A DNA stretch of 64,000 nucleotides from a virus, in IMG/VR virus record IMGVR_UViG_3300042908_001001, positions 1 through 64,000 of that record, one strand, 5' to 3'. A program made the position numbers and the translations under genes. Below are positions 30,476-39,682 of the stretch, one piece after another. How positions within the stretch are numbered: the first letter of the stretch is position 1; the number at the start of each line of letters is the position of its first letter. The notes under the pieces were generated by a model. It had not been told where the DNA came from. It was given only the letters and a program-made list of their open reading frames with translations, and did not search any database.

Positions 30476-31474
30476 ATGGGAAATATTATTTATTCAAGAC
30501 AGCAACTTGTTACGGGTTCTACTTCTATTGCTAACATGACCCCCCAAGGGGTTAGATCAACTGATTTTACGGCTACAGCTAACTCAATTTATGACATTAC
30601 GGCTAGTTGTAGAATGACCTTACCAAGTAATCCTAGTATTGGCGATAGAGTAGCTTTTATTCTTACCTCAAATGCTATTTTTGACATCACATCTACCGAT
30701 AGAATTGATGGCAGAGTATTGGCAACAGATTTTGTTAGAAGAGTACAAGTAACAGGTATTTGGTTTGTTTGGACTTATTCTGGATCAACTAATGGATGGA
30801 TTTGGAATAGTGTTTACACCTCAAGCATAGGTGAGGTTTATGTTGGCACAGGTGACGCTAATACTGTTTTATACCTCAAATTTGATGAAGCTACTCCAAT
30901 AGATTCTTCTGTAATTCCTAAAACCTTAACGGTTGTAGGTACTTCTCAAAATACGAGTGACAAAAAGATTGGTACTTCTAGTCGTTCTTTTGCACAAAGT
31001 AACAGTTATATCACCGTAAACCACCCTGATTTGACTTTAGGGACTGGTAATTTTACGATAGAATCGTGGGTTAAATATTCTTCATTTTCTGGTTCATCTG
31101 CTAGAGGTTTATTTATGGTTAATACTGAGGGTTTAGGTGGGCCAGGGCAATTAAATATAAATCGTCAGGCTAATATGTTTCTTCAAAGTACGGCTATCCC
31201 CGAAGTGAGTGTTAGTAATACATTTGCTCCTATAAATACATGGCATCATTTGGCAATTACAAGGAGTGGTAACACCTTTACTATTTGGGTTAATGGGGTG
31301 GCTCGCGGCTCGACAACAAGCACGTCTAACTTAACAGGTACATTTTGGGCAATTGGGACTTATAATACTTCAAGCTATTGTTGGGGTGGGTTAATTGATT
31401 CTTTCCGAATTACAAAGGGTATTGCGCGATATACAGGTACGTTTAACCCAGAAACGGATACGGGGCTTACTTAG
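30476..31474 (+). CDS. LamG-domain tail protein
   Basis: TLPSNPSIGD N-terminus; LGTGNFTIESW...WHHLAITRSG...IDSFRITKGIARY. Confidence 0.85.
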   Translation: MGNIIYSRQQLVTGSTSIANMTPQGVRSTDFTATANSIYDITASCRMTLPSNPSIGDRVAFILTSNAIFDITSTDRIDGRVLATDFVRRVQVTGIWFVWTYSGSTNGWIWNSVYTSSIGEVYVGTGDANTVLYLKFDEATPIDSSVIPKTLTVVGTSQNTSDKKIGTSSRSFAQSNSYITVNHPDLTLGTGNFTIESWVKYSSFSGSSARGLFMVNTEGLGGPGQLNINRQANMFLQSTAIPEVSVSNTFAPINTWHHLAITRSGNTFTIWVNGVARGSTTSTSNLTGTFWAIGTYNTSSYCWGGLIDSFRITKGIARYTGTFNPETDTGLT

Positions 31475-31520
31475 TAATTGATTTTGTAAGTGCCAATGGG
31501 TTTGGAGATTGTTCTTTTGC

Positions 31521-31745
31521 CTAAACCCCTTCTTTAGCATATCGTTCTAATCTTTTTTCCAACATTTGCAAATACTTACTGGGATTATCTTTCCAGTATT
31601 TTTTTTGCCTCTCGTTTCTTAATTCTTTAAATTCATCCCTACTTGCGACGCATTTTGAACAGACTCCCATTTCATAAGTAGTCTTCCCTTGTAATCTTCT
31701 ATCGCAAATCTGACAAGTTTTTACTGGTATGTATTTTTTAGTCAT
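31521..31745 (-). CDS. small zinc-binding hypothetical protein
   Basis: CQIC...CSKC plus charged helix. Confidence 0.55.
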   Translation of the reverse strand: MTKKYIPVKTCQICDRRLQGKTTYEMGVCSKCVASRDEFKELRNERQKKYWKDNPSKYLQMLEKRLERYAKEGV

Positions 31746-31785
31746 TGTTATTATTTAGATATGTATATTAATTAATAACAATGAG

Positions 31786-33270
31786 ATGGAAAATATTAAA
31801 ACAGATAGCGGGTTGACCGATGTGATGGACAGGGCAAATATCCCCATCAAAGAATCCGACTTAAGCTTAGGGATGATAATTGACGATGTTACGACATTGG
31901 AGCTATATCGCAGTTCTAGCCTTATTAAAAAGATTATTGACGCAATCCCTGAAGCCGCTACAGAGAAGCCCTTTAATATCGATTTAGGGGCATCATCGAG
32001 CGAAGGCGTTGATATTTATGGTGAACTCGAAAAAATACCCTGTTCTATTCATCGAAACGGATTTAGAGAAGAATTTCATGGAGTTAATGAAGCCTTTTTT
32101 GAAGCCGATCAAATGGCTCGATTATTTGGTAACTCCTATATTTTTATGGGTATCAATGACGGTCAAACAAACGATCAACCTGTCAATATAAATAATATTA
32201 CTTCGATTGATTATTTATACGTTTTATCGCATCAACAGTTAACGTCAGACGGGGCTAATAATCGCTATTTCTATTCATACAATATCAATGGACATGAGGG
32301 ATTAAAAGAAACAAATTATATTCACCCTAGTAGGGTATTAAGATTTTACGGCTCTAAGATTCCATCGGGAATAAGTATTGGAACTTATCAAGATGATTCG
32401 ATTATTCAATCTGTTTACAATTCATTCATCAGGATGTCAGGGGCTGTAGGGGCTTCTCACGATATGCTTCAAAAGCATTCGGCTTTTATTTATGCAATTA
32501 AAGGATACGAGAGTGCAATTGGTTGGCAGGAAACAAAAAGGGATTATTGGTTTAAAGGGATATTTAAGGGGGTTTTAGACGCAGTAGGTCGGACTGGGGG
32601 AATATTAATGGACGCGGGATCAACAGCTAGTTTTATTAATAGAAACTATGGAGGTGTTGATACTCTTGTAAATCTATTAATGGGTTGGTTTGTAGCACAT
32701 TCAGGATTGCCAAAATCTATGTTACTAGAAAGTAGTGAGTCATCAGCTTTTAGTGACAAGGGTTTTTCTGATAGGGTACAGTTTGCGCGTTCTACTAGTA
32801 GTTATCAATCAAATCACTATAAACCTAAATTAAAAACATTAATTAGTTATTATTTAGCGTCTAAACAATCCATTATTAAAAAAGTAGATAAGCTTGACAT
32901 TTCATTCCCTAGCGTCTTAGTTTTGACTCCAAAAGAGCAAGCGGAATTAGAGGGGATATATTCCAAAAATGATGACCTTTATATGAAGAATGGGGTATTA
33001 ACCGAAAATGAAGTTAGGCAATCTCGTTTTTCAGGGACTAACTTTGGTACAAGTATCACCCTAGATATTAATGTTACATCCGATTTAATCGAACAAAGGA
33101 GACAAGAAAAGATGACCAACCAAAACAAACTTAATCAACAGCAACAGCAACCAATTATTAAGACGGATTCGGGTGACAAAATAATTATCAATGGCGTTGT
33201 ATTGCCCCTGTCTGAATATGAGTCTATGTACGACATTGAAGAAATGGAAAAACTTGAGGACAAAAAATAG
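31786..33270 (+). CDS. portal protein (DUF1073 type)
   Basis: LYRSS.LIKKIIDAIPE, ARLFG, IHPSRVLRF, G.LTENEVR. Confidence 0.85.
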   Translation: MENIKTDSGLTDVMDRANIPIKESDLSLGMIIDDVTTLELYRSSSLIKKIIDAIPEAATEKPFNIDLGASSSEGVDIYGELEKIPCSIHRNGFREEFHGVNEAFFEADQMARLFGNSYIFMGINDGQTNDQPVNINNITSIDYLYVLSHQQLTSDGANNRYFYSYNINGHEGLKETNYIHPSRVLRFYGSKIPSGISIGTYQDDSIIQSVYNSFIRMSGAVGASHDMLQKHSAFIYAIKGYESAIGWQETKRDYWFKGIFKGVLDAVGRTGGILMDAGSTASFINRNYGGVDTLVNLLMGWFVAHSGLPKSMLLESSESSAFSDKGFSDRVQFARSTSSYQSNHYKPKLKTLISYYLASKQSIIKKVDKLDISFPSVLVLTPKEQAELEGIYSKNDDLYMKNGVLTENEVRQSRFSGTNFGTSITLDINVTSDLIEQRRQEKMTNQNKLNQQQQQPIIKTDSGDKIIINGVVLPLSEYESMYDIEEMEKLEDKK

Positions 33271-33421
33271 ATGCTTAATTTCTTATTTGGTGTGTTAATT
33301 GGATTCGCGATCGCCTATTATGTTTTAACAAAATTAGCCGCTAGACTCGTCATTCTTTCGACTGTTGACATACTCCAGAAAATAGCAGACTCGGAAGGGA
33401 AACAACCTATTAATTTTAAAC

Positions 33422-34090
33422 ATGAACAATCAAATAGAAATTAAAGAAGACGCTAAAACTAGGGATGATTTAATCTGGAATGATAAAGAAAAAATCTACT
33501 ATCACGCTAACGGTAGGAAAATTTCTCAATATCAGATGCTTCAGTTAATTAGGCGTGAACAAAAAGCGTTTAATCAAGATATTGACGTTTACACTAGAGG
33601 GTTATTAAATAAGGCTATAAGTTTTGAAGATTATCAAAAGTTAGTTAAGGAGTCTGTCAGGGATTCTCATGTTCAAATGATGCGATTGGGTCGCGGTGGG
33701 AAGGAACGGACGGCGGCTATCCATTATCTAGACGTTGCCAACGAATTAAGGGAAAATCAATACCCCCCGTTGAGGGATTTATTTCAACAGTTAGCCGATG
33801 GTAAGCTTTCGGAAGCTCAACTCAAGGCAAGATTAAAAGCATACATCAAGGCTTCCAAAATCAGCTTTGAGCGGGGTAGAGAAAGCCAGCAAGCCATGAT
33901 TAAGCCGATGGAGGTTAGATTGTTAGGCTCTACCGATAGGCACTGCTCAGATTGCATTTATTACGCAAGTAGGGGTATTCAACCATTGGGGACGTTGCCA
34001 GTCCCAGGGCAAGCTTGCCAGTGTCGTCAAAACTGCCTTTGCTCTAAGATTTTTGGGACTCTTGAGGAGTTGGTAAAAAGATTAGCTTGA
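33422..34090 (+). CDS. head morphogenesis protein (Mu F-like)
   Basis: C-terminal HCSDC...PG..CQCRQNCLC; follows the portal. Confidence 0.75.
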   Translation: MNNQIEIKEDAKTRDDLIWNDKEKIYYHANGRKISQYQMLQLIRREQKAFNQDIDVYTRGLLNKAISFEDYQKLVKESVRDSHVQMMRLGRGGKERTAAIHYLDVANELRENQYPPLRDLFQQLADGKLSEAQLKARLKAYIKASKISFERGRESQQAMIKPMEVRLLGSTDRHCSDCIYYASRGIQPLGTLPVPGQACQCRQNCLCSKIFGTLEELVKRLA

Positions 34091-34115
34091 CAAAAATTAA
34101 AACATTTATTATGAT
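34087..34115 (+). promoter_or_regulatory. sigma70 promoter of the ncRNA locus
   Basis: TTGACA-17 nt-TATGAT. Confidence 0.8.
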
Positions 34116-34121
34116 TTTAGA

Positions 34122-34427
34122 TAAGGTGATCAAGGCTAGTGAATCCCGAATGGGTGTACCGTTCAGTGACCCACGAGCGTAGTAAGAACGATAAGAGTTG
34201 CACTTATCCATTTATACGGATAAGTCTAGTAATGATCTCCTTTAACGGGCGGAATAGAAAGTGGATTCTCTCGGAATGATCAACCGAATGGTATGTCACA
34301 TCCGTCCATTCCCGTTTTCGGGATACATGGGAGAGATGATAGGGAGTACCCTAAAAAGTGCGATGAACTATCACCACTCCAGCCTAGTGAAGTGTGTCCC
34401 GTTTTCGGAAAAACAAGGCGATCAAAA
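34122..34427 (+). ncRNA. structured non-coding RNA region of unknown class
   Basis: Nested helices GATCA..GCTAG/CTAGT..TGATC, TGGGT/ACCCA, ACTTATCC/GGATAAGT, GGGCGGA/TCCGTCC, TGATAG/CTATCA; no credible ORF. Confidence 0.55.
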
Positions 34428-34526
34428 GCGGCTAATGGCGGAAATATGAGAGACGCGCTTGATTTTATCAGGTTCTTATCCCCTTTTTGAGGGTAAGAGT
34501 CCAGTTGCAAGTTCTGGTTAGCCGCG
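34428..34526 (+). ncRNA. tRNA-like RNA: 8-bp acceptor, long variable arm, 5-nt anticodon loop
   Basis: GCGGCTAA/TTAGCCGC; D arm GCG/CGC; CTTGA-TTTTA-TCAGG; TCTTATCC/GGGTAAGA; CCAG/CTGG. Confidence 0.65.
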
Positions 34527-34539
34527 ATCGCCTTTAATT

Positions 34540-34610
34540 GGGGAGTTAGCAAAGAGGTAATGCAGGGGAGATTCGTCCCCGACACTCAGGTTCGAGTCCT
34601 GAACACCCCA
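34540..34610 (+). tRNA. tRNA-like RNA with 6-nt anticodon loop (pseudo-tRNA or mimic)
   Basis: GGGGAGT/ACACCCC (one mismatch), D arm GCA/TGC, GGGGA-GATTCG-TCCCC, perfect T arm TCAGG-TTCGAGT-CCTGA. Confidence 0.75.
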
Positions 34611-34612
34611 TT

Positions 34613-34792
34613 TTATTTATCCTTAACCGAATTTTGCCCTGTAAGGTATCCGAGTATTCCCCCGATGCCTACCTTGGCAATATCCCCCGCAATGGGAAGG
34701 GATTCAATCGGGTTTTCCCAAGGTTTAGACGATAGCCAAATCACGACAATGGCAGTCACCACAAAGATAGGCAAAAACTCAGCAAGTTTCAT
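34613..34792 (-). CDS. small two-helix membrane protein, holin candidate
   Basis: Hand translation MKLAEFLPIFVVTAIVVIWL...GDIAKVGIGGILGYLTG (59 aa); ATG overlaps the upstream stop. Confidence 0.55.
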   Translation of the reverse strand: MKLAEFLPIFVVTAIVVIWLSSKPWENPIESLPIAGDIAKVGIGGILGYLTGQNSVKDK

Positions 34793-35046
34793 TTAATATT
34801 CCTGTTATTTTTAATGACAAGTAGAGCTATTTTAGGGATTGTAACCCCCATCCAAAAAAGATTAAGCCATGTCGATGAATAAGCACCGTAAAACCCAGTA
34901 TAAATTACAAGAAACAATCCCCCTAAAAAATTAGAAATAAGATATGAAAACGAGTCTGTTGTGATTTTTTTGTTAAAACTTAAATAATAAGACCCTAATA
35001 CTAAAATCGTTCCAATCCACCCAAGAATATCAATTAATAGTTTCAT
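34789..35046 (-). CDS. 3-TM membrane protein (CBU_0592-like)
   Basis: DILGWIGTILVLGSY...Y...N.LGG...AY....LN.FW. Confidence 0.7.
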   Translation of the reverse strand: MKLLIDILGWIGTILVLGSYYLSFNKKITTDSFSYLISNFLGGLFLVIYTGFYGAYSSTWLNLFWMGVTIPKIALLVIKNNRNIK

Positions 35047-35963
35047 TATTCCTCAATATAAATATCGTACCCTATAATATTTCTAATCCCTTGCACAGGA
35101 GAACCATCCGATTCAATTGGTTCAACGTCATGCCATAAAGGGGAACCCACATCAGCTTGAAAAATAGCATCGCCTTCTAACAATAAAGTCCTTAGAAGTT
35201 CGGTTTTTTTGTCATCATCATAGACAACGCTTTCACCTCCAATTATGCCTTTTCGTTCTACTACTAAAGCAGAAACAATATAGTCACATCCATCTTGGTG
35301 AATACCTTCAGGAGCATTAGATTCTTCCCGATTATCATCAGGCTTAGAAACAATTCCCACTTGTTGGCAAATGATTTTTATTTTTTTAGTTTCCCCCTTT
35401 TCGGCAATATCCGTAAACGTTGCTAGGTAAGCCAGTATTTTCCTGAATTCATCATTGCTAGTTACTTCTACAGGAGATGGGGGGAATGATCTTGGTAAGT
35501 TTCGGTAATCAAGTAAAACGTCAGACGTTTGGCGGTACGGGACATAAGGCAACTGCTCAATACTCCATTCAAAGTCTTCACCACTTTTCCCCAATAAAAA
35601 GCTAGATATACCCCGTCTTCGATAGGGTTGAATTTCTTCAAAAGCCGCAATATCTTCTTTGTCAAATCGATCAACAAAACGCCTTAAATCCGACAATGAA
35701 ATTATATCCGCAAAATAATCAGGCAAAAAAGTTTCTAGAAAAAACTCTCTTAACCAAGGAAACTTTTCGATCAGGAAATCTACTTGATCACGCTTAACTA
35801 AATACATATCCCAAGGAAGAGATTCGTAGGTTGGGCATATGTTCTGTAGTTTACCTAAATCAATTCCAACATCTCGCAAATTAAATTTAAGTATTGGATA
35901 TTCTGTATTTAGTTTTTCAACTAATGAATTTGCCAAGGTCAAGGTCTTGTAATAACTGATCAT
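35046..35963 (-). CDS. 2OG-Fe(II) oxygenase (PF10014-like)
   Basis: YRRR; NAPEGIHQDGCD (HxD); LWHDV; distal R. Confidence 0.8.
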   Translation of the reverse strand: MISYYKTLTLANSLVEKLNTEYPILKFNLRDVGIDLGKLQNICPTYESLPWDMYLVKRDQVDFLIEKFPWLREFFLETFLPDYFADIISLSDLRRFVDRFDKEDIAAFEEIQPYRRRGISSFLLGKSGEDFEWSIEQLPYVPYRQTSDVLLDYRNLPRSFPPSPVEVTSNDEFRKILAYLATFTDIAEKGETKKIKIICQQVGIVSKPDDNREESNAPEGIHQDGCDYIVSALVVERKGIIGGESVVYDDDKKTELLRTLLLEGDAIFQADVGSPLWHDVEPIESDGSPVQGIRNIIGYDIYIEE

Positions 35964-35999
35964 AATGTTTATGTTTTACTAATAATAACGAATATAATT

Positions 36000-36599
36000 T
36001 CATCCGATATTACCCTCATCTGAATGAATATCATAATTGTGTGGATTTGAATCCCTGCGGCGAACTTGTATAGGAGGAACTGATACCCCATATTCCCCAA
36101 AGGCATTCTGGAGAGCTTGGTTAACTCGTTCAACTACTTTTTCTGAGTTTCTTTCCTGATTATTTAAGTTTTTATGAACCTCATCAAATCGCCTAGCTAC
36201 TGATTCTTTATGGCTTTCATGATTTTTGTTCATGTTGTGAATTTCTGTAGTCAAATTTTCTATGCTGTTTTGAATCCCTAATAAAATATTTTGCAATTCT
36301 AATCCTTTTATCTTTTCGTTAGCCGCTATTTTTGTGTCAACGATTATGGTTACTTTTTCTAGTATTCTGTTTTCAAAATTTTGCTTATCAGCTTCACTTA
36401 CTTTTTTACTTCCCCCTATTATCATCCCACCTGCGTAACCAACAAGCGCGATAACAAAACCAGCTACAACAGTCGATATAAAAGTTTCCCCAACATACCA
36501 AGGTTTCTCAGGAGTATTCGCCTGTTTTGATTGGGCATAACTAGGAGATACGCCCATCAACAAAACGACTAACCAAGTTTTTATAATAGTTTTTTGCAT
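36000..36599 (-). CDS. signal peptide + TM + coiled-coil protein, possibly lysis-related
   Basis: AYA-type signal, one TM, long coiled coil; preceded by the late motif. Confidence 0.5.
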   Translation of the reverse strand: MQKTIIKTWLVVLLMGVSPSYAQSKQANTPEKPWYVGETFISTVVAGFVIALVGYAGGMIIGGSKKVSEADKQNFENRILEKVTIIVDTKIAANEKIKGLELQNILLGIQNSIENLTTEIHNMNKNHESHKESVARRFDEVHKNLNNQERNSEKVVERVNQALQNAFGEYGVSVPPIQVRRRDSNPHNYDIHSDEGNIG

Positions 36600-36652
36600 A
36601 TTACTTAAATAAAAAATTATACCTAAGCAATATTAACTAACGCTATTTTAAA

Positions 36653-36889
36653 ATGTATGATAGAATAATATTAAAACAATTCGAGGTAATTATGTCTTTC
36701 GCGGAACCAGTTGACGGATTAATTGACGAGGTAAATGATATTGGTTTATTGTTTACTGAGAATAAAGGCAAAATACAGATACAGCCAAAATCAGAAATAA
36801 TGCCCCGAAGAACGAATCCAATTCAAGAAAAAATGGATACACTGTTACTTTATCTTACTCATCCCGAATCCCTTGAAGACGACGAATAA
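36653..36889 (+). CDS. hypothetical protein
   Basis: GAGGT RBS suggests the real start is near 36692. Confidence 0.5.
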   Translation: MYDRIILKQFEVIMSFAEPVDGLIDEVNDIGLLFTENKGKIQIQPKSEIMPRRTNPIQEKMDTLLLYLTHPESLEDDE

Positions 36890-36903
36890 AAACTGAGGTA
36901 ATT

Positions 36904-37137
36904 ATGAAAGAATCCAATATGAGTATTGAACAACTTTGGGAATACGCAAGCAAGAATCAGCAAGTAGGTTTCAACGGAGGGTATTACTACATTGAAACCA
37001 TAACTCAAGATTTCTATCCTAATATCCCCAGATTGGTTGTAATTCTTTCAAATAAAAATGAAGATGAAAAAGACTGGAAAACAATAGAGGTAACAAAAAA
37101 AGAAGATTTAGATAAAATAAGCTTTCCTTTTTACTAA
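36904..37137 (+). CDS. hypothetical protein
   Basis: GAGGT RBS. Confidence 0.6.
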   Translation: MKESNMSIEQLWEYASKNQQVGFNGGYYYIETITQDFYPNIPRLVVILSNKNEDEKDWKTIEVTKKEDLDKISFPFY

Positions 37138-38162
37138 ATCTCATCCCATCCTGTAATCCCTGACGACATCACATAACTGGTTACGGTTGCCTCAAAGAAA
37201 TTAGCTTTGGTGTGACCTTCTTTTTTTGTATCTGAAAAGCGTTCTAAGTGAGTGTAACAGGACTTAGTGTATTGTTCACCCGTATAAATAGGCTCTAATC
37301 CTATCGCCTTCAATCTCATGTTTGCGAGATATTTGGTGTATTGATCGGTTGATTGTTCTGTCATTCCTAAGATGTTATTACCGATTCGATGGTTAGTCCA
37401 ATTAATTTCTTCTTGCACCGTTTTATCGGTCATCTCATTGATTTGATCAACGGAGTGAGGGAATACTTGCATGGCTTCAGGAATAAGCTTTTGATACAAT
37501 CTAACATGGCTCAATTCGTCCCTGTTAATCATACGAAAAACATCAGCACTCCCAGGCATCAGCATCCGAGATGCAAGATTATAAAAACTGATAAATCCAT
37601 TGTAAAAATAAATACCTTCTAACAGGTAATCCGCTACTAACGCAACAAAATAATTTTCTTTACTGGGATTATCTACAAAAGCTTGATATAGACTCGCAAT
37701 ATGCTCACACCTTGCTTTTAATACCTTGTCTTCTCTCCAAAGTTCATAAATACTATCTCTTTTTTCGGTGGGGATGATCGTGTCAATCATGAATTGATAC
37801 GATTGATTGTGCATCCCTTCTTGACTTATCTGTTCAGCCATACAAAGACTTATTTCAGGGGCGGTAATATAGTTTTTGATGTGTGGGATGTTTGTTGTCT
37901 GGATAGAGTCTAAATAGGTCAAATAACCTAACATCCCATCAAAAGCATATCGCTCATCATTGGTTAGATTATTGTAGTCCGTCACATCTTGAGTCAGATC
38001 GAGGCGTTGCGGAATCCAGAAGTTCTCTCTCATCTGAGAATACAATCCAACTGCCCAAGTATATTTTACGTCATTGAGTTGCATCAGGTTTGTGGTATTG
38101 CCAAACCAGATTTGGCGATCGCGGTCATCCCCAGACGGGTTAAAAATGGGAGTCGGTTTCAT
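37134..38162 (-). CDS. nrdB: ribonucleotide reductase class Ia beta subunit
   Basis: FWIPQ, LDSIQ, QEGMHNQSY, LEGIYFYNGF, RDELSH, KANFFE. Confidence 0.93.
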   Translation of the reverse strand: MKPTPIFNPSGDDRDRQIWFGNTTNLMQLNDVKYTWAVGLYSQMRENFWIPQRLDLTQDVTDYNNLTNDERYAFDGMLGYLTYLDSIQTTNIPHIKNYITAPEISLCMAEQISQEGMHNQSYQFMIDTIIPTEKRDSIYELWREDKVLKARCEHIASLYQAFVDNPSKENYFVALVADYLLEGIYFYNGFISFYNLASRMLMPGSADVFRMINRDELSHVRLYQKLIPEAMQVFPHSVDQINEMTDKTVQEEINWTNHRIGNNILGMTEQSTDQYTKYLANMRLKAIGLEPIYTGEQYTKSCYTHLERFSDTKKEGHTKANFFEATVTSYVMSSGITGWDEI

Positions 38163-38613
38163 GAAATGCTTACTGTATAAGGGTTATGTCTAGATTATAG
38201 CACATCATTTTAAATTGTTTTAATTTTTTTGTTGACATTTTATAGGGATTCAGTTTATTATTATTTTTAATGGCTAAAGAAAAAGCCAAGTTTTTATTAC
38301 ATTGAGGATAATTAATCGTGAAATCTACAACGCTTTCGGCTAGTTCTATGCTGGCAATGTTTATTATCTTTACTTCTGTTAGCTCTGTGATCAGTTCATT
38401 TCCATCTACTTATTTAGTAGAATTTTCTACCTCACAACTAAATGGCTGTCGAGTCGTAATTGACAATCCATTAGCAAGAACTGGATTAGGTGTCGTTGGA
38501 ACATGGGGCGGCGGCGTTGGTTTTTGGGGCGGAGCTATTGCTAAAGTCGTGGAATTAACAGTTCCTAAGACTTCTGATATTTTTCGTGGTGACATTTGCA
38601 AATAACTAAAGTC

Positions 38614-38868
38614 ATGACAACAGCAACACTTGATTTAGAACCCGCGATCGCGTCCGAGGTAATCAATAATTGGTATCCAAGGGTCAAAGAATACCCCTGT
38701 ATTTTCTTGACCAAGGAAGCTGATTTATTGTCCAAAGGAGAAACAACCCACGTTTTTATTGATTTTGATTGTGGATACGAAGCGGTTATGTCTGCATTCG
38801 TACCAGTCAAAGATTATCTATTCCATCAAATAAATTATCAAAAGGAGTTGAATGATGATTCAAATTGA
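38614..38868 (+). CDS. hypothetical protein
   Basis: ATG 38614; its C-terminus (SAFVPVKDYLFHQ) resembles that of 39327-39581 (TAFVPLTAYLHWQ). Confidence 0.6.
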   Translation: MTTATLDLEPAIASEVINNWYPRVKEYPCIFLTKEADLLSKGETTHVFIDFDCGYEAVMSAFVPVKDYLFHQINYQKELNDDSN

Positions 38869-39346
38869 ATTTACCGATAGTCAACTCCGTGACATCTTAT
38901 CCCTTGTTGTATATGCTAAAAACAAGTATGGAGGGGAGTCATATCAAATTATTGCCAACCAAATAATAGAGAAATTAAAAATGATTGAGAATATAAACGA
39001 CTTACTCGCAACTGTGCGACTACAAAACGAATCAAAGCGTATCATTGACAGCTTAAGAGGTGTCAAAGCTGAAAATGAAGATCAGGACGCAAAAAATCTA
39101 CGAGATCTCTTTTTCCATCAACGTCTTTTTGATGAACTTCAAAATAAAATTGATGAGTACAAAAAATCTAAGCCTAAAACGATTCAGATTGAATTTACTG
39201 AAGATAAACTACGCTCTTTGATCATGCACTTCAAAGACTTTATTAATCAGCAAGGTTGTGACGGAGCGCATCCCGACGAGCTGGCTACAAAAATTGAGTT
39301 TCTTAAGCAATTTGAGGACGCATTAAATGAATCAAAACAATCCTGA
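38852..39346 (+). CDS. hypothetical protein with duplicated IQIEFTxxxLRxxI module
   Basis: Module occurs at the N-terminus and again internally; AGGAG RBS. Confidence 0.65.
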   Translation: MMIQIEFTDSQLRDILSLVVYAKNKYGGESYQIIANQIIEKLKMIENINDLLATVRLQNESKRIIDSLRGVKAENEDQDAKNLRDLFFHQRLFDELQNKIDEYKKSKPKTIQIEFTEDKLRSLIMHFKDFINQQGCDGAHPDELATKIEFLKQFEDALNESKQS

Positions 39347-39581
39347 TTATTCTTTTCCCGTTGCCAACTTTGTTTTATTAAAATTCAAAGGCATTGAAGG
39401 CAATTCTACCTATGTCGATAAAGCTCATCCGATGGACGGAAAAGACTTTGTAAATATCAATTACGACAATTCTATCTCTGGTATCAAAGGGACTGCATTT
39501 GTACCCCTAACAGCTTATCTACACTGGCAACAAATCTATTATGACAAAAAGAAAAAGGAGTTAGAAAATGCAATCATCTAG
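39327..39581 (+). CDS. hypothetical protein
   Basis: GAGG RBS. Confidence 0.6.
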   Translation: MNQNNPDYSFPVANFVLLKFKGIEGNSTYVDKAHPMDGKDFVNINYDNSISGIKGTAFVPLTAYLHWQQIYYDKKKKELENAII

Positions 39582-39682
39582 CAGATTAATTGTCAAGCCT
39601 ATAGTCATTAAAACAGGCTGTATGAACATTGTTTTTGACCAGTTAAGGAAGTCTAGCAAGCAACTAAAGGAGTCTCTAGAAA

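Noticed and set aside
28669-31474. Diversity-generating retroelement or shufflon acting on the fibre genes
   Set aside because: No reverse transcriptase, no template/variable repeat pair and no invertible repeats seen in the window
31786-33270. Anti-CBASS annotation sometimes attached to DUF1073 proteins
   Set aside because: Size and position next to the Mu-F gene fit a plain portal; no appended 2H-phosphoesterase (HxT) domain is evident
34428-34610. Calling the tRNA-like elements functional tRNAs (Lys-UUU, Glu-UUC or ochre suppressor)
   Set aside because: Canonical stem register gives 5- and 6-nt loops; an anticodon can be assigned only by breaking stem pairs
34261-34796. Overlapping ORFs 34261+, 34280-, 34293+ and 34560+ in the ORF track
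   Set aside because: No RBS, mutually overlapping, and they cover tRNA-like folds or lie antisense to a better membrane ORF
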